A stretch of 64,000 nt of DNA from a bacterium HR37 (lineage in GTDB: Bacteria > Desulfobacterota_D > UBA1144 > Nemesobacterales > CSP1-2), in assembly GCA_002898375.1 (NCBI GenBank), contig BEIN01000012.1, positions 3,922 through 67,921 of the forward strand, read 5' to 3'. Below, piece by piece: positions 9,016 to 18,624 of the stretch (position 1 is the stretch's first letter; every line of letters begins with the position of its first letter). The translations under genes were made by a program, and so were the position numbers. A model generated the notes under the pieces. That model made no database searches, was not told the DNA's origin, and saw only the letters and a list, made by a program, of their open reading frames with translations.

Positions 9016-10542
9016 ATGAAAAGAAAAGTTTTAAGTACCCACAGGTTATGTAAGTCTCTTAACCTGATAAGTTACCTCTTTGTCGTTTTTCCCGTATTAC
9101 CAGTAAAGGTATTTGCTCAAGAATCCAGTATGGATGATATCCTGAAACAGATTTCAGATTTAAAGGTTACCGCTGATACAGTTTGGGTATTAGTTGCAGG
9201 CTTCTTGGTGTTTTTTATGCACCTTGGATTTGCTATGGTTGAATCTGGACTTTGCAGGGCCAAGAACACGGTAAACATACTTGCAAAAAACTTTATCGTG
9301 GTTGCAATTACGGCGCTTGCCTTCTGGATAGTTGGATGGGGACTTATGTTTGGAGATGGGAACGGCTTTATAGGTTACAAGGGGCTTTTTTTTCTTAGTG
9401 GACCTGACAATAGCCCTCAAACTGGGGAAGCTTACAGTGGGGTATATAGTGCAATAAGCTGGGCTGGGGTGCCGCTTTGGGCAAAGTTCTTTTTCCAGAT
9501 GGTGTTTGTGGCAGTGGGAGCAACTATTGTTTCAGGGGTAGTTGCGGAACGCATAAAGTTTGTTTCCTTTGTTATCTTTGCGTTCATTATCTCCGGGATT
9601 ATATATCCAATAACCGGTCACTGGGTATGGGGAGGTGGGTGGTTAGCTCAACTAGGTATGTGGGATTTTGCTGGCTCCACTGTTGTGCATTCAGTTGGTG
9701 GATGGGCAGCACTTGCAGGGGTTATTCTTCTGGGCCCTAGAATAGGTAAGTACAAAAAAGATGGAGGGGTTAATCCTATTCCAGGGCATAACATGATTGC
9801 TGCTACAATAGGGACTTTCATCCTGTGGTTCGGATGGTTTGGATTTAACCCGGGAAGTGTTATGGCAGCTTCTTGGAGTGATATAAGCAGGATAGCTGTA
9901 ACCACAAACAGTGCTGCTGCTGCTGCTACGGTTAGTGCTACAATACTTTCCTGGGTCGTTCTTAAAAAACCTGACCTGACTATGATACTTAATGGGTGTC
10001 TAAGCGGGCTTGTTGCAATTACCGCTCCCTGTGCCTTCGTTAGTGTGGGAAGTTCGGTTATTATAGGGCTTATTGCTGGGGTTCTTGCTGTGTTTGGTAT
10101 ACTGTTTTTCGATAAGGTTAGGATAGATGATCCGGTAGGTGCCTTAACTGTTCATCTGTTAAATGGTATATGGGGAACACTTGCTGTAGGGCTATTTGCC
10201 CAGGATGCTATAATGCCGGGAACAACAGGAGATGGACTCTTATTTGGAGGAGGAGTAAAGCTTTTATGGGCACAGTTTGTAGGTATAGTGGCGGTTGGAG
10301 CCTTTACTTTTGTCCTTTCTTTTATAGCATGGTTTATAATCAAATCCTTAATAGGACTCAGGGTATCTCCTGAGGAAGAGATTGAGGGGCTCGATATTGG
10401 TGAGCATGGAATCAGTGCTTATCCTGACTTTCAGCTGGCTGCAACTACCTTCTCTCCTGCTGGGTATCCCTTGATTCCCATGTCTAAGGAGAAAGCAGAG
10501 GCTATAAGCAAGGCATTTTTAAGTGAGAAGGAATCCCAGTGA
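9016..10542 (+). CDS. amt: Ammonium transporter (Amt family) with N-terminal signal peptide
   Basis: 508 aa with 11 TM helices. Amt signature present (VWVLVAGFLVFFMHLGFAMVESGLCRAKN ... HSVGGWAAL). Confidence 0.9.
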   Translation: MKRKVLSTHRLCKSLNLISYLFVVFPVLPVKVFAQESSMDDILKQISDLKVTADTVWVLVAGFLVFFMHLGFAMVESGLCRAKNTVNILAKNFIVVAITALAFWIVGWGLMFGDGNGFIGYKGLFFLSGPDNSPQTGEAYSGVYSAISWAGVPLWAKFFFQMVFVAVGATIVSGVVAERIKFVSFVIFAFIISGIIYPITGHWVWGGGWLAQLGMWDFAGSTVVHSVGGWAALAGVILLGPRIGKYKKDGGVNPIPGHNMIAATIGTFILWFGWFGFNPGSVMAASWSDISRIAVTTNSAAAAATVSATILSWVVLKKPDLTMILNGCLSGLVAITAPCAFVSVGSSVIIGLIAGVLAVFGILFFDKVRIDDPVGALTVHLLNGIWGTLAVGLFAQDAIMPGTTGDGLLFGGGVKLLWAQFVGIVAVGAFTFVLSFIAWFIIKSLIGLRVSPEEEIEGLDIGEHGISAYPDFQLAATTFSPAGYPLIPMSKEKAEAISKAFLSEKESQ

Positions 10543-10567
10543 GCAAGTAAAAAGTGGGTTTTGGTAA

Positions 10568-10607
10568 ACGGTATGCCCAAAAGAACGGGCATACCGTTTT
10601 TATTTTT
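10568..10607 (+). terminator. Rho-independent terminator after amt
   Basis: GC-rich hairpin ACGGTATGCCC / GGGCATACCGT with an AAAAGAA loop, followed by a T-run (TTTTTATTTTT). Confidence 0.55.
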
Positions 10608-10724
10608 ACGACTTTCAGATTTAGGTTGCCAATAAATGGGTCATATGTGATTAATTATTGGGCATGCTTTTTAGCTATCTATAATATGTTACCAATTTTT
10701 TAAAGTTTTCTAATCCCATATAGC

Positions 10725-10740
10725 TGGCATATTTCTTGCA
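10725..10740 (+). promoter_or_regulatory. Sigma-54 (-24/-12) promoter: TGGCAT-N5-TTGCA upstream of porin gene
   Basis: GG at 10726-10727 and GC at 10738-10739, the correct 10-nt GG-to-GC spacing. It lies 43 nt upstream of the 10783 start. Confidence 0.5.
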
Positions 10741-10782
10741 ATTATTCAGCATCTCAAAAAACAAACAAAAAGGAGGAGAAGG

Positions 10783-11946
10783 ATGATAAAGAAGATTATA
10801 GGCATTCTGGCTCTTGGGGTTATAGTTGTAACAGGCGGGGCGAATTTAGTATCTGCTGAAGAGGAAAATAAGGAAAGCAGGTTGTTGGATTTTCTTAAAA
10901 GCATAGAGGTGGGATTTTATCTGGATACATCCTACGAATATAACTTTAATAAACCTGAGTCTGGTAATAATTCTTTAAGGATATTTGACCAGGATCACAA
11001 CGATTTTAATATCCATATGTTTCAGCTTTCATTTAAAAGAACACCAAGTATGGAAGGTGGTATATCAAATCTGGTGGGTTTTGGGGTTAAACTGGATTTT
11101 GGTGAGGACGCTGATGTTATAGCATCAACTGGTTTGGGAGATGAAGATGATGAATTTGATCTTCAGGAGGCCTATATCCATATTCTTGCTCCTATTGGTA
11201 ACGGAATTAGTATATATGCCGGTAAATTCGTTACCCTTGCTGGAGCAGAGGTTATAGAGAGCAAGGATAATTTTAACTTCTCTCGCTCATTCCTTTTCGG
11301 GTTTGCAATTCCCTTTACACATACGGGAATAAGGGTTAATTATCCTGCGGGTGTGTTTGATTTTACCCTGGGGTTGAGTAACGGATGGGATAATGTTGAC
11401 GATAACAATGACGGAAAAACTATTGAGGCGAGAGTAGGCCTAAACTATGATATCTTCTCACTAGGTGTTGCTGGTTATTTCGGGCCTGAGCAGGATGGTA
11501 ATGATGATAACTGGCGTGAGCTTATAGATGTAGTTGCCACCTTTACTCCTTTTGAGAGGCTAACTCTTATGGCAAATCTTGATTTTGGGTGGGAGCAGGA
11601 CGTAAGTGATGTTGAGTTGGGATTGGATAATAGTGATGTATTCTGGTGGGGAATTGCTGGGTATGTAGCTTATGAGTTTAACCAGATGCTTAGTCTGGCT
11701 GTAAGGGCAGAGTACTTTGATGATAGTGACGGTTTTAGAACCGGAACGGAACAAAAGCTCTTTGAGATTACCCCCACTCTTTCCATAAAGCCTTTTGCTG
11801 GGCATGGTTCTTTAGATAATTTGATCCTTAGGGTTGAGTACAGATTCGATAGCTCCGATGAGGATGTCTTTGAAGACGACGATGGTAATTTTAAGGATAC
11901 CCAGCACACGGTAGCTACGGAACTAATTTACTACTTCTCGCTTTAG
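10783..11946 (+). CDS. Putative outer-membrane beta-barrel porin (signal peptide, alternating amphipathic strands, C-terminal aromatic)
   Basis: Signal peptide (LALGVIVVTGGANLVSA), Asp/Gly-rich alternating pattern, terminal ...YYFSL. Position next to amt and its own sigma-54 promoter suggest nitrogen-regulated uptake. Confidence 0.5.
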   Translation: MIKKIIGILALGVIVVTGGANLVSAEEENKESRLLDFLKSIEVGFYLDTSYEYNFNKPESGNNSLRIFDQDHNDFNIHMFQLSFKRTPSMEGGISNLVGFGVKLDFGEDADVIASTGLGDEDDEFDLQEAYIHILAPIGNGISIYAGKFVTLAGAEVIESKDNFNFSRSFLFGFAIPFTHTGIRVNYPAGVFDFTLGLSNGWDNVDDNNDGKTIEARVGLNYDIFSLGVAGYFGPEQDGNDDNWRELIDVVATFTPFERLTLMANLDFGWEQDVSDVELGLDNSDVFWWGIAGYVAYEFNQMLSLAVRAEYFDDSDGFRTGTEQKLFEITPTLSIKPFAGHGSLDNLILRVEYRFDSSDEDVFEDDDGNFKDTQHTVATELIYYFSL

Positions 11947-12006
11947 GTGTTTAAATTGCAAAAAGGCCATCCCCTAGCTGTCCCTCCGTACCTCCTTTGG
12001 TGGCAA

Positions 12007-12041
12007 AGGGTAGGATAAACTCCTACCCTTTGTTCTATTTT
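12007..12041 (+). terminator. Rho-independent terminator after porin gene
   Basis: Hairpin AGGGTAGGA-TAAAC-TCCTACCCT followed by TTGTTCTATTTTT. Confidence 0.45.
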
Positions 12042-12376
12042 TAAACTGGTTTTTTAACGTCAAACGCTCTATTGAAGGAAGGCGATAACAAATGATATAA
12101 TAGTTTTGCAGGGGATTAAAAGAAAGGGGGGAGGTAGATGTTTTATAAAGACGATATTGATGCAAGGCTTTTGGACTTCTATCTTGCCAGTTTATTTGAC
12201 GATTTGCTTGAGGAAACAGTTACAATGAGTCCAGAGGATATGCAGAAGGAAAAGCAGCTTGTAGATGTAACTGGTACTGAAGAGATAGAATTATAGCTTT
12301 TTTAAGCAAATATTTTCTCTTGCAAGCCCAAAAACGGTTAGGTAGAATCAAGTTCTAGTATTCTAGAAGCTAAGGT

Positions 12377-12449
<73 letters not shown>

Positions 12450-12581
12450 TTTTAGCTGTTTGGTTTTGGTATTTTCCAAAAAAACTTGCTAATTTCCTTT
12501 CTTTTATTATAAAATTAAAAAGGCAGTGCTTTTTGCATCTTGTGGCCCTAAATTTGGTTTGAGGGTTCTTGGAGGACAAAA

Positions 12582-12995
12582 ATGAGATTTGGGGATTACC
12601 TAAAAAACAAAAGAAAACAGAAAAACATAACCCAGGAGGACCTTGCTCGTGCCCTTGGGGTTTCAAGTGTGTTTATACATCAGCTTGAAACAGGTAAAGT
12701 GGATGCACCATCTTTTGAGAGGTGTCAGCAGATAGCTGAGATACTGGATGTTCCTATAGATGAGCTCTGGAGCTTTGCAAGAAAAGAAAGACTAAAGAGG
12801 TTTATGGAGAGAGAGGGAATCTCAGAGGATGATCTCGAGATACTTACTGAAGCGGAAAGGATGCTAATCAAGCTATACAGGAGTCTTGATAATGAAATGA
12901 AAAAAGACTTCGGTGGAATGATATACATGCTTCTTAGGCATTCGCAAAATGAAGGAGTTCAAGAAATACTTGAAGAATTTATAAAATGCGCTTAA
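12582..12995 (+). CDS. XRE-family HTH transcriptional regulator with C-terminal extension
   Basis: The N-terminal HTH_3 motif (ITQEDLARALGVSSVFIHQLETGK) occupies about 65 aa of 137. The stop overlaps the next gene. Confidence 0.7.
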   Translation: MRFGDYLKNKRKQKNITQEDLARALGVSSVFIHQLETGKVDAPSFERCQQIAEILDVPIDELWSFARKERLKRFMEREGISEDDLEILTEAERMLIKLYRSLDNEMKKDFGGMIYMLLRHSQNEGVQEILEEFIKCA

Positions 12996-13762
12996 AAAGC
13001 AGAATTTTAACCATACTGGTAGCTATAGGAGTAGAGTTTCTTATATTTGCCCTAATGGGACTGGTTTTTCTCTTTCAATTTGACAGGGCAAAAACTGAGT
13101 TCGTTAACAAAACAAAGGCAATTGCTGAGACAATAGGGGATCAGGCTAGCAGTTTTTACTCCTTAAAGGGAGAGAATACTACAAGCAATGAATTTTTTCA
13201 GTTTCTTGATGAGAGACTAGGGAGAAAAAAGCTGTTTAATACCTTTGATATAGCTCCTGAGTTCTTTAGCATAGTGCTAAAGAAGGATATAGAGAGGGGT
13301 AAAGTGGCGGGTTACTTTATGAAAGACTTTTACCCGGAGGATGGATATTCTGTTAAGAAACACAAAGGTATGATCTCCGTTATTGTTCCTTTTAATATAA
13401 GGGCAAGTGAGAAATCCGAGCCCTTTGGTATAGTTAAGATTGATTCTGATACAAAGTCCATTGCCAAAAAGGTAATAGCTGATAACTTCCTTCTCTATGC
13501 TGCAATGATTGTGGTTTTAAATAACCAAGCCTTTATCTTCTATCTGCTTTTAAGGAAGAGAAAAGAGGTGGTTTTTGAGAAAGGTTACCTTAAGGAACAC
13601 TCAATAGGTGCCCTTAAGATAATGCATAAGGTGCTTGGGGACATAATTCAGGATCATGAGGGTGGTATTGTTAATAAGAAGGATGAGCCTTTGAGGAAAA
13701 AGAGAGAAGAGAAAAAGGTTATCTCAATATCCGAGCTCATAGAGGAAAAAAGAAAGAAATGA
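12986..13762 (+). CDS. Hypothetical membrane protein with sensor-like topology (TM, periplasmic domain, TM, Lys-rich tail)
   Basis: Two hydrophobic helices flank a roughly 140-aa domain and no output domain is recognisable. The gene overlaps the XRE gene by 10 nt and the next gene by 4 nt. Confidence 0.4.
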   Translation: MRLKSRILTILVAIGVEFLIFALMGLVFLFQFDRAKTEFVNKTKAIAETIGDQASSFYSLKGENTTSNEFFQFLDERLGRKKLFNTFDIAPEFFSIVLKKDIERGKVAGYFMKDFYPEDGYSVKKHKGMISVIVPFNIRASEKSEPFGIVKIDSDTKSIAKKVIADNFLLYAAMIVVLNNQAFIFYLLLRKRKEVVFEKGYLKEHSIGALKIMHKVLGDIIQDHEGGIVNKKDEPLRKKREEKKVISISELIEEKRKK

Positions 13763-14151
13763 TCAGGTTAGCCATTTCTGTTTTGGTTGCTATGTTTCTT
13801 CTTTTCCTGGGATGTGGAAGCCCTCATGAAAACGGATTTGTGGTTCTTGACGGGCCGGTTCTTGAAAGCATAAACAAGGATGGAAATCTTGAGTTTAACG
13901 GAGCGGTTATAAACTCCGGTGATACTCCTGTTACCTCAATCTATGTGGTATTGATTTTAAAGGATGATAAGGGAAGGGTTATAGAGGCAACCTCTGCCCC
14001 TGTTTTAGGAGAGGACCCTGGGGCCGTTCTTTACCCCTCTGAAAGGGCATTTTTTACCATAACTACAAAAGCTGATCCGGCAAAGGTGGTTTCAAAAGAG
14101 GTTGAGATATACTATGAGGAGGCTGGGCAACCGGGTTTGCCTTCCTCATAG
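13759..14151 (+). CDS. Hypothetical lipoprotein
   Basis: Signal peptide with a lipobox (LFLGC). Confidence 0.4.
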   Translation: MIRLAISVLVAMFLLFLGCGSPHENGFVVLDGPVLESINKDGNLEFNGAVINSGDTPVTSIYVVLILKDDKGRVIEATSAPVLGEDPGAVLYPSERAFFTITTKADPAKVVSKEVEIYYEEAGQPGLPSS

Positions 14152-15201
14152 TTAGTGGATTTCTATGATTATCTCCACACGACGACCTTTACCTTTTTCT
14201 GGGGTATCTGTAAAACCCTCTGTAGTTAGTCTTTCAGGTACAACTCCCTTGGAAACCAAGTAGCTCTTTATGGTGTCTGCTCTTATCTTGGCCAATTTTA
14301 AATTTGTGGATTCCGTGCTTGATTCGTTTGCATATCCCTTAATAGAGGCCTTTATATCCGGGTGCTTTTTAAATAGCTCTCCGATTGCATCTAAAGAAGG
14401 ATAGGCATCAAAGAGGATTTTTGTTCCAAGTGGGGGGAAAAGCTCAAAAAAAGTTAATTTTACTTTATCCTCAAGGGGTTCTGCTTTGACTCCGTATATC
14501 ACGGATCCTTTCTCGAGGATTTCATCTCTTATTTCGAGCTTTTTCTTTGCTTCGTTTAGGGCTTTATCTGCAATCTCCATTGCTTTCTGTGACAACTCTA
14601 GGGATCCTTCGTAGTTTCCTTGATTTAGCCTATCTTGAGCTTCTTTTTGAATCTGCTTTGCCTGATTAAGCAAGTTAGGGCTAAAGTACTGTGCGAGTGC
14701 ATTTTCTGCATCCTCTATCTTCTCTTCAGATTTGTTTAGGCTATCAAATGCAAGTGAACGCATTCTCTCTTTTGCCACAGCAATTCTGTCTTTAATCTGC
14801 TGAAGTGCCAAGGTGTTTTTCCTTAGCTCGTCTTCGTATTGCTTTTGTATTGAAACCACGTTTTCTATTTCTGCCTGTAGTTTCTTTACCTCGGTTTCAA
14901 GGATTTTTCTCCTCTTTACATGCATAGCGGTTTTTGCCTTTATTTCTGCTATAAGCCTTAGTTCCTCAGCCTTATCGGTATTTCCTCTCTTATACTCTCT
15001 CTCTGCCTGCTGGTAGAAAAGCCTTGCCTCTCTAAATATGTCTGGAGCGTAGCTTTCGATGTCTTCTCTCCTTAAATCGTCTATTAGTGCATATGTTATG
15101 GCCATTTCCTCTGTGGGAGGGGCTGGACTTGAAGATACACACGCTGTAAAAAAAACAAAAATTATGGCTGGAAGCAGTTTAAAGGTTTTTATGGATTTCA
15201 T
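14152..15201 (-). CDS. OmpA-family protein with long coiled-coil region and C-terminal OmpA-like peptidoglycan-binding domain
   Basis: Signal peptide with a Cys (FFTAC) followed by heptad-rich coiled coil. The C-terminal segment ...NLKLAKIRADTIKSYLVSKGV...RRVEIII matches OmpA C-terminal domains. Confidence 0.65.
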   Translation of the reverse strand: MKSIKTFKLLPAIIFVFFTACVSSSPAPPTEEMAITYALIDDLRREDIESYAPDIFREARLFYQQAEREYKRGNTDKAEELRLIAEIKAKTAMHVKRRKILETEVKKLQAEIENVVSIQKQYEDELRKNTLALQQIKDRIAVAKERMRSLAFDSLNKSEEKIEDAENALAQYFSPNLLNQAKQIQKEAQDRLNQGNYEGSLELSQKAMEIADKALNEAKKKLEIRDEILEKGSVIYGVKAEPLEDKVKLTFFELFPPLGTKILFDAYPSLDAIGELFKKHPDIKASIKGYANESSTESTNLKLAKIRADTIKSYLVSKGVVPERLTTEGFTDTPEKGKGRRVEIIIEIH

Positions 15202-15625
15202 TCTCTTTTTCTAGCCTTTTTATCTCCTCTTTAACTTTTTCATTTGTGTCTTTTAGTTGTTGTATCTGATTTCTTAGAGAATAAAGAAGATCATTCATCT
15301 GGGAAACCTTCTTTTCTAGGTTTAGTTCCTCAACAATTGCGTTTAAAAGCTCTATCTGGTAACTGGCCTTTCTTAATTGAAGGTCAGTCAATTCCTTTTC
15401 TGTATTCCCTTGCTCTAAAGATTGTTTTACCTGATTGATCCATACCTCAGCTTTTTTAAGTTCGTGGTATGGAATATCAGAAAACTGCTTTAGCTCTTCC
15501 AGTGTCTCCTGAAGTGTTTTTAACTCTTCCTCTAGTTCTTTTTCCCCTGACCTTTCCTGTCCGGAGGAGGAAAGAGCTACTGTAAGTATGACTAGAATTG
15601 AGGTTATAAAAACAAGCCTTCTCAT
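15179..15625 (-). CDS. Secreted coiled-coil protein, hypothetical
   Basis: Signal peptide followed by Glu/Lys/Leu-rich coiled coil. It overlaps the downstream OmpA-like gene. Confidence 0.4.
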   Translation of the reverse strand: MRRLVFITSILVILTVALSSSGQERSGEKELEEELKTLQETLEELKQFSDIPYHELKKAEVWINQVKQSLEQGNTEKELTDLQLRKASYQIELLNAIVEELNLEKKVSQMNDLLYSLRNQIQQLKDTNEKVKEEIKRLEKENEIHKNL

Positions 15626-15761
15626 TTCTAAACTTAAAATCTACATTTGGTTAGAAATAAGTTCAAGAAGTGTATCGTATTGGACTATAAGTATTGACAA
15701 AAGTTACGTTAAGTAGTATTTTTGAGCTAAGACTAAGGTTTTATAAGAGAGGATAAAGGAT

Positions 15762-16805
15762 TTGTTTCTTGGAAGGAAGGAAGTTACAGGGCTCGATATA
15801 GGAACAAGTGCTGTTAAGCTTGTGGAATTAAAGCACACCAGGAAAGGATATGAACTTAAAAATCTAGGGGAGTCTTTGCTTCCAGAAGAGGCCATAGTCA
15901 ACAAGGTAATAAAAAAGCGCGATGCTGTGGTAGATGCTATAGCTGGCCTTGTTGATGAGCTTAAGTTAAGAAACAAAAACGTTGCCATCTCAATTGCAGG
16001 GCATGGGGTTATAATAAAGAAAGTAAGCCTTCCCAAGATGTCAGAAAAAGAGCTTAAAGAAGCAATACCATGGGAGCTTGAGCAGTATATACCTCAGGGG
16101 GTAGAGGAAGTAAGTTACGATTTTCAGATACTTCCCGGGGAAACTCCCGAAGGTAATATGGATGTGCTTATAGTTGCTGCCAAGAAGGATGTAACAAATG
16201 AGTATGTGGCTGTTGTAAGTGAAGCTGGGTTAAATCCTGTTGTTGTTGATGTTGATGTATTTGCCCTTGAGAATATGTTTGAGTTTAACTATCCAGAAGT
16301 TAATGGTACGGTAGCGCTAGTAAATATCGGAGCATCTATTACAAACGTTAATATAGTGGGGGAAGGGGTATCTGTGTTTACAAGAGATATAACGGTAGGA
16401 GGCAACCAGCTTACTGAATTAATACAAAAAGAGTTCGGTGTGGATTACGAAGAGGCTGAGAGAATGAAGCGTTCCATAGGTGGGGTTGCTCAGATCTCAC
16501 CTGACCTGGATAGGATATTACGTGATTTTACGGACTTGGTTTGTGGTGAGATAAAAAAGACATTGGATTTCTTTGTAAAAACACTCTGGAGAGATGGAAT
16601 AGAGAGGATAATGATAGGAGGGGGATGTTCTAAAATTCCGTATATAAGAGAGACTCTTGGGGGTCTGGTGGACTCTGAGGTTGAAGTCTTTAATCCGTTT
16701 AAGAACGTTTTCTGTGGTTTGGATTTTGATCCTGAGTACATAAAGGATATTGCCCCTAAAATGGGCGTTGCTGTAGGTCTTGCCTTGAGAAAACCAGGAG
16801 AGTAA
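15762..16805 (+). CDS. pilM: Type IV pilus assembly protein PilM (actin-like ATPase fold)
   Basis: N-terminal GLDIGTSAVKLVEL and an actin/FtsA-like fold. It is the first gene of the pilMNOPQ block. Confidence 0.85.
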   Translation: MFLGRKEVTGLDIGTSAVKLVELKHTRKGYELKNLGESLLPEEAIVNKVIKKRDAVVDAIAGLVDELKLRNKNVAISIAGHGVIIKKVSLPKMSEKELKEAIPWELEQYIPQGVEEVSYDFQILPGETPEGNMDVLIVAAKKDVTNEYVAVVSEAGLNPVVVDVDVFALENMFEFNYPEVNGTVALVNIGASITNVNIVGEGVSVFTRDITVGGNQLTELIQKEFGVDYEEAERMKRSIGGVAQISPDLDRILRDFTDLVCGEIKKTLDFFVKTLWRDGIERIMIGGGCSKIPYIRETLGGLVDSEVEVFNPFKNVFCGLDFDPEYIKDIAPKMGVAVGLALRKPGE

Positions 16806-16809
16806 GAGC

Positions 16810-17397
16810 ATGATAAAGATTAACCTGCTCCCTGTAGAAGAGAAGAAAAAGGTAGAGGGAAGAGGGGAATTCTTCTTGGGAGTCTTCGTAATAGTTTTTG
16901 TCCTTGCATTGGTTGTGGTTGTTCACATTATCCAGTCAAGGAAGATAGAGGAAGTAAAAAGACAGACGCTAAGGGTTGAAAAAGAGATCAAGAAGCTTGA
17001 AGAGGTAAAGAAGAAGGTTGATGAGTTTAAGGCAAAAAATAAAGAGCTTGAGGAAAAGATTAGGGTAATAGCGGTGCTTGAGGAAAACCGTACAGGTCCA
17101 CTATACGTTATGGATGCACTTGCAAATTCCATTCCGGATAGAGCGTGGATAGATAAGTTTACCGAGAAGAACAACAAGGCAACAATTGAAGGTGTAGCCT
17201 GGGATGAGTTTACCGTTGCAAGTTTTATGAAAGGGCTTCAATCCTCGCCTTACTTTAAGAATGTGGAGCTTAGAGCTATAAAGACAAAGGAGATACAGCA
17301 ACTTCCGCTTAAGGCCTTTGTAATAGAGACTGCACTGGATTACTCTGGAAAGGTTGCGGGTAAGGAGAATAAATCAAATGGTTTGGTAAGTCAGTAG
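16810..17397 (+). CDS. pilN: Type IV pilus assembly protein PilN
   Basis: Starts IKINLLP, then a single TM helix and a coiled coil. It follows pilM directly. Confidence 0.7.
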   Translation: MIKINLLPVEEKKKVEGRGEFFLGVFVIVFVLALVVVVHIIQSRKIEEVKRQTLRVEKEIKKLEEVKKKVDEFKAKNKELEEKIRVIAVLEENRTGPLYVMDALANSIPDRAWIDKFTEKNNKATIEGVAWDEFTVASFMKGLQSSPYFKNVELRAIKTKEIQQLPLKAFVIETALDYSGKVAGKENKSNGLVSQ

Positions 17398-17414
17398 GAT
17401 AGAACGGAGGGGAA

Positions 17415-18050
17415 ATGGCAAGGCTTGATACCCTTATAGAATCCATACACAGAAAGCCTCTTCACACAAGGCTGGCTATTCTTGCAGGTGTAGTTGTTGT
17501 TATAGTACTGGTTTACTGGTATTTCTTCTGGTCTCCAAAATCTGAAGAGCTTAAAAGAGTAAGGGCAAACCTTCAGAAAAGGGAAAAAACGCTAAATGAG
17601 TACAGGGCTGTAGCTAGAGAGCTTCCCAAGTTTGAACAGGAGTTTAAGAGGCTAAATAAGGAATTTGAGCAAGCGGCCTTAAAACTTCCGGAAGAAAAGG
17701 AGATCCCGAGCTTAATAGAGGGCGTATATGCTGCTGTATCTGCAGCCGGACTTGAGGCTGTTGCCTTTACACCAAAAAGGGAGATACCCAAGGATATATA
17801 TGCTGAGATTCCAATAGAGATGAACGTTTTTGGTTCTTACTACGAGCTTGCTGATTTCTTCTACAGGGTTTCAAAGCTTCCAAGGATTGTAAATGTGAGG
17901 GAGCTTAATCTGGCAAGAGAGGATAAGAGGAGCAGTGGAAACAGCATAGTTCTTAAGGCTTCTTTTACAACCGTTACGTTTAGGTTGTTACCCGCTACTA
18001 ATGCTTCTGATGATAAACAGAAAAAAGGTAAAAAAAGGGGAGCCAGATAG
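17415..18050 (+). CDS. pilO: Type IV pilus assembly protein PilO
   Basis: Single TM helix, coiled coil and a PilO-like C-terminal domain. Assigned by position. Confidence 0.6.
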   Translation: MARLDTLIESIHRKPLHTRLAILAGVVVVIVLVYWYFFWSPKSEELKRVRANLQKREKTLNEYRAVARELPKFEQEFKRLNKEFEQAALKLPEEKEIPSLIEGVYAAVSAAGLEAVAFTPKREIPKDIYAEIPIEMNVFGSYYELADFFYRVSKLPRIVNVRELNLAREDKRSSGNSIVLKASFTTVTFRLLPATNASDDKQKKGKKRGAR

Positions 18051-18578
18051 GTGAAAAGGAGGATTAAGGTTTCTACCAAATCCGGCAAAAGCAGATTTAT
18101 AATAATAACAGGTTTATTGGCTCTCTGTTTTATCTTCTATCCGCCGGGGACAAGGCTTAATTCTCAGGAGTTAGGAGCCAAAACCCAGGAAGGAGCTATA
18201 CCTTCGAGGTTAGAGAATCCTTTTCTTAACCCTCAAAATAGGCGTGATCCATTTAAGCCTTTTATAAAGATAATTAGAGAGCCTGAAGCTAAACCTGCCC
18301 TTAGTGAATTGGTTCCTCCAATAAAGAAGTACCCTCTCCAGGAATTTAGGTTAGTGGGTATAATTTGGGTGGGGAAAGAACCAAAGGCTATGGTTGTTGA
18401 TCCCGAACGTAACACTTATGTTCTTGGTATAGGTGATGAGATAGGAAACAGTCAGGGAAGGATCGTGGAGATAAGACAGAACGGCATAATGGTTGAGGAA
18501 AAAAGATACTTTGAGGATATCTTCGGGGAAAGAAAGGTTGAGGTTAAAAGGTCTGTTTTGGCTTTTAAGGAAGAGTAG
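18051..18578 (+). CDS. pilP: Type IV pilus assembly lipoprotein PilP-like
   Basis: Signal/TM at the N-terminus and a C-terminal beta domain. Assigned by its position immediately upstream of the secretin gene. Confidence 0.5.
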   Translation: MKRRIKVSTKSGKSRFIIITGLLALCFIFYPPGTRLNSQELGAKTQEGAIPSRLENPFLNPQNRRDPFKPFIKIIREPEAKPALSELVPPIKKYPLQEFRLVGIIWVGKEPKAMVVDPERNTYVLGIGDEIGNSQGRIVEIRQNGIMVEEKRYFEDIFGERKVEVKRSVLAFKEE

Positions 18579-18624
18579 AGGCGGTGTTTGTGGGTAATGA
18601 AGTTTTATTAAAGGAGGATGGAGG

